Source of the DNA: Elusimicrobiota bacterium
GTDB taxonomy: Bacteria; Elusimicrobiota; UBA8919
DNA: 10,472 nt
NCBI GenBank assembly: GCA_043816185.1
Contig: JBDRIG010000017.1
Location: 1 to 10,472 of the forward strand
Direction of reading: 5' to 3'
Position numbers and translations under genes: made by a program. The notes under the pieces are model-generated. The model made no database searches, was not told the DNA's origin, and saw only the letters and a list, made by a program, of their open reading frames with translations. Below are positions 5,591-10,472 of the stretch, piece by piece; position 1 is the stretch's first letter, and each line of letters starts with the position of its first letter.

Positions 5591-6149
5591 TGTTTCCTCC
5601 AAAATTACTGACTAATTTTAATATCAGTTCACAAGTTTTTGGTATTGCATTTTTTAATGTATCAGATAATTCTGATGTATCTATTTGTGGAATATTTTCT
5701 ACCTGACAAGCAATAATTGCAATATCTATATGACACAGCTCTTTTAGTTCTTTCAATAAATTTGACGTCGGTAGTTGATGCATAGAAAAATCATCAATTT
5801 TATTTTTTGGTAGTTCATCAATCGATATTTCAAAAATTTCACCAGGTTTTTTTTTAGCGTCCACCGAATCAACTATAATAATTTTTTTCGGTTTTGTTTC
5901 AGTGAGAATAACATCAAAAAGTATTTCCCTTATACCAGTTTTAGCATCAATAAAAGCAATATTTTCTGGCAACTTATAATTTTTTTGTAAATATTCAATG
6001 ACTGTGGGGCCAAATCCATCATCGCCAAACAATATATTGCCACATCCTAAAACAAGAATGGTTGGGTTGTTAGAGTGATTGGTAGTTGGAACTGCGATTT
6101 GAGTTGATGGGGTTTTAGAATTGTTGTGATTGAGGTTATTTTTCGACAT
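5583..6149 (-). CDS. [NiFe]-hydrogenase maturation endopeptidase (HycI/HybD family, most like the FrhD type)
   Basis: ILVLGCGNILFGDDGFG, FIDAKTG, IIIVDSVD...PGEI and FSMHQLP motifs. It starts 6 nt after the large-subunit stop and has an N-terminal Asn/Thr/Ser-rich extension of about 30 aa. Confidence 0.93.
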   Translation of the reverse strand: MSKNNLNHNNSKTPSTQIAVPTTNHSNNPTILVLGCGNILFGDDGFGPTVIEYLQKNYKLPENIAFIDAKTGIREILFDVILTETKPKKIIIVDSVDAKKKPGEIFEISIDELPKNKIDDFSMHQLPTSNLLKELKELCHIDIAIIACQVENIPQIDTSELSDTLKNAIPKTCELILKLVSNFGGNNA

Positions 6150-6155
6150 TTATGC

Positions 6156-7457
6156 TCACAAATTATTAATTTTTATCATATGAACGGCACAAGATATACA
6201 AGGGTCATATGTACGAATTACCATCTCTAATTTAAGCTCCATCTCTTTCACCTCTGTTTTATTCTTCAACAGATTTTCCGCTGCTACCTTTAAATCCTTC
6301 TCTATATTTGCACAATTTATCGCTGTTGGAGTTATGATGTCACAAGAAACGCATTTTCCATTTTCATCAAATTCATAGTGATGATAAAGTGTTCCACGAG
6401 GAGCTTCTAATGCACCAGTTCCCTTACATTTTTTTAATTTTATTTTAGGAGCTGGTTCATCTTTGATTCCATCTTTGATAATCTCGTCGATAATCTCCAT
6501 ACTTCTTTGAATAGAATACACCAATTCTACTGCCTGTGCTAAATTATTATAGAGCGGATTTGTATGCTCTTTTGTAAATTTGGCAATATTCATCGCTTCT
6601 TTTGATTCACCGTAAAACATATCCCCAAACAACATAAGTCGTGAAAGGGAGCCAACCATAAATGGTTTTCCTTTGTAGGTTGTATGTTTTGCTCGTGATT
6701 GTTTCAAAACTGCTTCGTTGCACAGTTTTTTATACTCATCTATTTTAAGTTCTACACCGTCGGAAATACTGATACTTTCCCCGTGAAAACTGAATTTTTC
6801 TTTTTCTGGTTTAAGTGCTGTAAGATGTTCTGGGGCATCAATTATCGGAAAAACCTCTAATTCAGAAAAAAACTTTACCGTCTTTAAGCCACTATCAATT
6901 GCTTTTTTTAATCCATCTTTTATTGTAAGTAATTCAATTTCTGAGGGAAGTTTTCCAAAACCACTAATTTTTGTATTTATTGGATGAACTGGTCTTCCAC
7001 CGCCGATTAGTTCTTGAATTGTGTTGCCAAGTTTTTTAAGCGAAAGTCCCATTTTTGCAATGTCAGGATATTTTTGTGCTAATGCTATCACGGAAGTAAA
7101 CCCAAAATGGTCGGGTGCAACTAGACAAAATAGATGAAGTGCGTGGCTTTCAATCATTTCTCCGCAGTGTAAAAGTTCACGCAACAATTTTGTTTGCTTT
7201 GAAACATTTATTCCAAACGCATTTTCAATAGCAGCAAGTGAGGTAAGCATATGCGACGAACTGCATATCGCACAAATTCTGCAAACAATTCCTGGAATCT
7301 CATCATATGATTTACCGACAATTAAAAATTCAAAAAATCTTGAACCTTCAAAAATTTCAAGTTTAACGTCTTGTACAACACCGTCTTTAATATCAACTGT
7401 TACACCACCCGATCCCTCAACCCTGCCTATATGTTCAATCTTTATATTTTCGCTCAT
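6156..7457 (-). CDS. hyhL: Group 3b [NiFe]-hydrogenase large (alpha) subunit (HyhL; HydA in Pyrococcus nomenclature)
   Basis: RVEG, L1 RICAICSSSH, IESHALH, EAPRGTLYH, IITPTAIN and L2 RTYDPCISCAVH, followed by a 7-aa cleavable tail MIKINNL. ATGA overlap with the small subunit. Confidence 0.96.
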   Translation of the reverse strand: MSENIKIEHIGRVEGSGGVTVDIKDGVVQDVKLEIFEGSRFFEFLIVGKSYDEIPGIVCRICAICSSSHMLTSLAAIENAFGINVSKQTKLLRELLHCGEMIESHALHLFCLVAPDHFGFTSVIALAQKYPDIAKMGLSLKKLGNTIQELIGGGRPVHPINTKISGFGKLPSEIELLTIKDGLKKAIDSGLKTVKFFSELEVFPIIDAPEHLTALKPEKEKFSFHGESISISDGVELKIDEYKKLCNEAVLKQSRAKHTTYKGKPFMVGSLSRLMLFGDMFYGESKEAMNIAKFTKEHTNPLYNNLAQAVELVYSIQRSMEIIDEIIKDGIKDEPAPKIKLKKCKGTGALEAPRGTLYHHYEFDENGKCVSCDIITPTAINCANIEKDLKVAAENLLKNKTEVKEMELKLEMVIRTYDPCISCAVHMIKINNL

Positions 7458-8224
7458 TTTTTATTTTCCTCAAATTGGGTCTGTTTTAAGTTGGGATTAA
7501 ATATAAACATACCCATCTTTCTTTTTATATCCTCAATAGAATATCCTTTATCTAAAAGAATCTGAACCTCCGACGCATAATTCGCTTCGACAACGGGCCC
7601 ATGACAACCAGTACACGGAATATTATTTCCAGGACATCTTGCCTTACAACCCTCGACTGTAACGGGACCCAAGCAAAAAAGACCTCTTTCAACCAATAGA
7701 CATTCATACTCCATCATTTTACATTCGCTGCACAAAGCAAAATTTGGAACTTCCAATACATCGCCGTGCAAAAATGCGGTAAAAACACGCAAAAACCATT
7801 TCTTCTCTATAGGACAACCTGGAAGTGATAAATCAACTTTTACGAAATTTTTAAGTGGCTGTGCGGGAATAGAATCAAAATACTCCACGCCTTTTTCTCC
7901 GTAAACATTTTTTAAAAGTTCCTCTCTCGGAACATCGTTTTTCATAGACGAAATTCCGCCACAAATGGCACAGGTTCCGATAGCAACTAAAACACCTGCT
8001 CTACTTCTTATATCTTTAAGATGTTCGAGCTCTTTTTTGGTTGAAACAACCCCTTCAACAAACGCAACATCAATTTCTTTTTCAACATTCCCCGTCTGAG
8101 CAATCACAAATGATTTTATATCAATTTTCGATACAATATCTAAAAACTCGTCTTCACAATTTAGTATCATTAGTTGATCGCCAGCGCAACCAGACAATCC
8201 ATAGATGCCGATTTTTGGTTTCAT
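7454..8224 (-). CDS. hyhS: Group 3b [NiFe]-hydrogenase small (delta) subunit (HyhS/HydD)
   Basis: GLSGCAGDQL (CxxD in place of CxxC), DVAFVEG, AIGTCA, LPGCP, CSEC..C..CLGPVT.EGC.ARCP..C.GC.G. No Tat signal. ATGA overlaps at both ends. Confidence 0.95.
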   Translation of the reverse strand: MKPKIGIYGLSGCAGDQLMILNCEDEFLDIVSKIDIKSFVIAQTGNVEKEIDVAFVEGVVSTKKELEHLKDIRSRAGVLVAIGTCAICGGISSMKNDVPREELLKNVYGEKGVEYFDSIPAQPLKNFVKVDLSLPGCPIEKKWFLRVFTAFLHGDVLEVPNFALCSECKMMEYECLLVERGLFCLGPVTVEGCKARCPGNNIPCTGCHGPVVEANYASEVQILLDKGYSIEDIKRKMGMFIFNPNLKQTQFEENKK

Positions 8225-9051
8225 ACAACCTCCGGCATATTTATAGCATCCCAGTATGTAAAAATGGGGCCATCAGTGCAAGTATATTTATGACCAACGC
8301 CACAATGCAGACACTTCCCAATTCCACATTGCATTCTTCTTTCTAAAGACATCATTATTTTATCTTTGTCAAAACCAATGCTAATAAGTTTCTTTAAGAC
8401 AAATTTGTACATTATGGGTGGTCCACAAATACCTGCATATGTTGTTTTCGCATCAAAGTTCACATAATTAAATAATTCGGTTACCACTCCAATATTAGAT
8501 TTCCATTTTCCCGATTCATCTTTATCAACTGTTAAAAGACATTTTATATCTTTTCTATTTAGAAGTGAGACAAATTCATCCTTAAAAAGTATCTCGTCAG
8601 GATTTTTTGCTCCATACATAAGAGCAATATCCTTAAAATCATTTCTATTATCGAGTGTATACCAAACAAGAGATCTGAGAGGTGCTATACCGATACCACC
8701 TGCAACAATTAATAGATTACTACCCTTTATTTTTTCAATAAAATATCCATTCCCGTAGGGCCCTCTCAAACCGATTATATCGTTTTCTTTTAATTTAAAT
8801 AGAGCACCCGTAACGCTGCCTGCACATCTGACACAGAGTTCTATAATTCCTGGTTTTGTCGGCGATGAAGAAATTGATATTGGTGCTTCGCCAGTTCCCA
8901 AAACAGACAGCATCACAAATTGACCAGGCCTGTGATTAAACTCTTGTCTTACTTTCTCATCTTCAAATCTTATTTGAAACAATTTAGTATCTTCGGTCTG
9001 CGGAATAATACCAATTATTTTTGCTAAATATGGTTGATACGGATTTTTCAC
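8221..9051 (-). CDS. hyhG: Group 3b hydrogenase gamma subunit, FAD/NAD(P)-binding plus [2Fe-2S] (HyhG; AsrB family)
   Basis: PGQFVML, GEAPISISS, RGPYGNG, AGGIGIAPLRS, CGPPIM and ERRMQCGIGKCLHC..CTDGP. SD AGGAGG (9063-9058) fits GTG 9051 (6-nt spacer) better than TTG 9054. Confidence 0.94.
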   Translation of the reverse strand: MKNPYQPYLAKIIGIIPQTEDTKLFQIRFEDEKVRQEFNHRPGQFVMLSVLGTGEAPISISSSPTKPGIIELCVRCAGSVTGALFKLKENDIIGLRGPYGNGYFIEKIKGSNLLIVAGGIGIAPLRSLVWYTLDNRNDFKDIALMYGAKNPDEILFKDEFVSLLNRKDIKCLLTVDKDESGKWKSNIGVVTELFNYVNFDAKTTYAGICGPPIMYKFVLKKLISIGFDKDKIMMSLERRMQCGIGKCLHCGVGHKYTCTDGPIFTYWDAINMPEVV

Positions 9052-9104
9052 CAAACTCCTCCTATAAAATTTTCAATTCTATTTTTTAATTTTTGCGAAT
9101 TACT

Positions 9105-9198
9105 GCAGGATAGATCCTGCGAGCGACTACCAGTATGATTTATTGGTAGATTTATTTGTAGCCGCACCATCTTATGGTACGCAAATCACCACGAGTGA
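9105..9198. other. Cluster of stem-loops, including a GTAG-REP-like remnant, in the beta-gamma intergenic region
   Basis: GCAGGA-taga-TCCTGC (9105-9120), CTACCA...TGGTAG (9127-9149), GTAG-cc-GCACCAT-ctt-ATGGTAC (9158-9180) and TCAC-cacga-GTGA (9186-9198). Confidence 0.5.
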
Positions 9199-9204
9199 CT
9201 TGGT

Positions 9205-10245
9205 TTATTCCAACGTTTCTGCCGTCTGAATTTTATTTAATTCTTCAACAATATTAATTTTTGCAGGACAGAATTCCATACATCTTCCACAGCCAACACA
9301 ACTCGGTCTACCAAAATCGCCAGCAAACGATTGTTGTTTATGTAACCACCTATGTCTAAACCTATCGGAACGGGATTTTCTGAAATTATGCCCTCCGGCA
9401 ACAATGGCATGATCACGAAATAGACAGCAATCCCATTGGCGACTTCTATTGCCTGATTCAAGATTAAGACCAACAATCTCATCGAATATTCTATAACAGT
9501 AGCAAGTTGGGCAAGTCATTGAACAGGTACCACAACTTAAACATTTATTTCCAAGTTCATCCCATAATTTACTTTTGTATTCTAAATCCATAATCTCAGG
9601 CAGGTCTCTTATATCAAGTGATCTCTTGAAACTTTTTTTTCTCAGCAATGAATGATTTTTATATTCGTCAATATCTTCTTTACTTATTTCCACAAATAAT
9701 TCCTTGGAAGAACTCACCATATCATCGCCTTTATTTGTTCCAACTTTAACCATATATGCGTCTGTTATTTCTGATAAAAACAGGTCAAACCCTTTATCGA
9801 CATAATCGGTTCCCATCGAATTGCAAAAACAAAATTCATCAGGTAGACAACTTATGCCTATTAAGAGAATATTTTCTTTTCTTGCAAAATAATATTCATC
9901 TCTGTATTGACCTGAAAAAACCAAATCTAATATCTCGATTCCATAAATATCGCAGGAATGAACGCCAAATATTATATCATGATTTTTAAGCGATTCAATT
10001 GGTTGCACAAAACCACTTTTTGAAAATTTAAACATTGTTTCAGTGGGATGGTAGAAATATTTTTTTAATGGAAGAATGGTTCTTTGATAACCAAGTTGCA
10101 TCTTTGAAACATCAGAATCGTTTTCCATTTTTTTGAAGGCAAAAGATTTTTCACCATTTTTTATTGGAATATGAACTTGACCCATTTTCCTTAAATTAAG
10201 CACAAAACTTGTAAGATTATTTTTAGAGAGTTTTAATGTCTTCAT
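9205..10245 (-). CDS. hyhB: Group 3b hydrogenase beta subunit, 4Fe-4S dicluster protein (HyhB/HydB; AsrA family)
   Basis: FGVHSCD, C..DEFCFC, CLSCGTCSMTCPTCYC, RQWDCC and CVGCGRCMEFCPAKI. SD AGGA lies upstream. First gene of a beta-gamma-delta-alpha order. Confidence 0.94.
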   Translation of the reverse strand: MKTLKLSKNNLTSFVLNLRKMGQVHIPIKNGEKSFAFKKMENDSDVSKMQLGYQRTILPLKKYFYHPTETMFKFSKSGFVQPIESLKNHDIIFGVHSCDIYGIEILDLVFSGQYRDEYYFARKENILLIGISCLPDEFCFCNSMGTDYVDKGFDLFLSEITDAYMVKVGTNKGDDMVSSSKELFVEISKEDIDEYKNHSLLRKKSFKRSLDIRDLPEIMDLEYKSKLWDELGNKCLSCGTCSMTCPTCYCYRIFDEIVGLNLESGNRSRQWDCCLFRDHAIVAGGHNFRKSRSDRFRHRWLHKQQSFAGDFGRPSCVGCGRCMEFCPAKINIVEELNKIQTAETLE

Positions 10246-10299
10246 AATGTTTTTCCTATCTTCCTGTACCGTATTTTCAAATCAATCTTGCGGTGTTAA

Positions 10300-10342
10300 A
10301 TTGCGATCGCAATATTATCAAAAAAATCTGTCTTGTCGTCAT
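10300..10342 (-). promoter_or_regulatory. Candidate operon promoter with an overlapping perfect 14-bp palindrome
   Basis: Minus strand ATGACG-N17-GATAAT, which can also be read as an extended -10 TG-A-TAATAT. The palindrome ATTGCGATCGCAAT (10300-10313) covers the expected start site. Confidence 0.4.
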
Positions 10343-10381
10343 CTATGGAAAAGCATGTCAAGTAGAAAATAGCATCCCCTT

Positions 10382-10406
10382 TGTCAAAAATCAGCATCTT
10401 TTGACA
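10382..10406. promoter_or_regulatory. Inverted repeat TGTCAAAA-N9-TTTTGACA, possible transcription-factor site
   Basis: Perfect 8-bp arms about 140-160 nt upstream of the operon start. Each arm contains TTGACA on one strand. Confidence 0.4.
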
Positions 10407-10472
10407 CGCTTCCTTCCCGCTAAACGGGTGGAGATAAACGAATATAAATTTGTAAATGACACCAATAATAAA

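Noticed and set aside
6156..6210. [NiFeSe] hydrogenase or selenocysteine readthrough
   Set aside because: The L2 motif is DPCISC with ordinary Cys codons, and the TGA comes after a normal cleavable tail.
3995..9989. Short ORFs inside operon genes (3995-4177, 4607-4795, 7371-7565, 8041-8346, 9237-9482, 9756-9989)
   Set aside because: They fully overlap conserved genes in another frame or strand and lack independent support.
8221..10245. Anaerobic sulfite reductase asrAB
   Set aside because: Same protein families, but there is no siroheme AsrC. The next genes are NiFe small and large subunits in group 3b order.
10333..10406. Perfect TTGACA hexamers as sigma70 -35 boxes (minus 10361 and 10387, plus 10401)
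   Set aside because: None has a convincing -10 at 16-18 nt spacing.

Overview
AT-rich bacterial-type DNA. Most of the window (10245 down to 2627, minus strand) is one apparent operon. It encodes a complete cytoplasmic group 3b (NAD(P)-coupled, 'sulfhydrogenase') [NiFe]-hydrogenase (beta, gamma, delta/small and alpha/large subunits), an FrhD/HycI-type maturation endopeptidase and a short HypA with no zinc-finger domain. Where hypBDEF would be expected, it instead encodes two radical SAM maturases known from [FeFe]-hydrogenases: an intact HydG and a HydE fused in frame to an N-terminal HypC domain. This hybrid NiFe/FeFe maturation cassette, and the HypC-HydE fusion in particular, is the standout feature. 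It suggests, as an untested inference, a tyrosine/radical SAM route to the Fe-CO/CN unit of a [NiFe] enzyme. The left 2.6 kb is accessory DNA. It holds a secreted YD-repeat-like protein and a small Nif11-like protein, both behind near-identical 11-bp-phased direct-repeat promoter modules, plus several REP/MITE-like palindromic repeats and a decayed antitoxin + PIN toxin pair with a hexamer microsatellite. No rRNA, tRNA, CRISPR array or transposase was seen. All family assignments come from motif recognition by eye; no searches were run.
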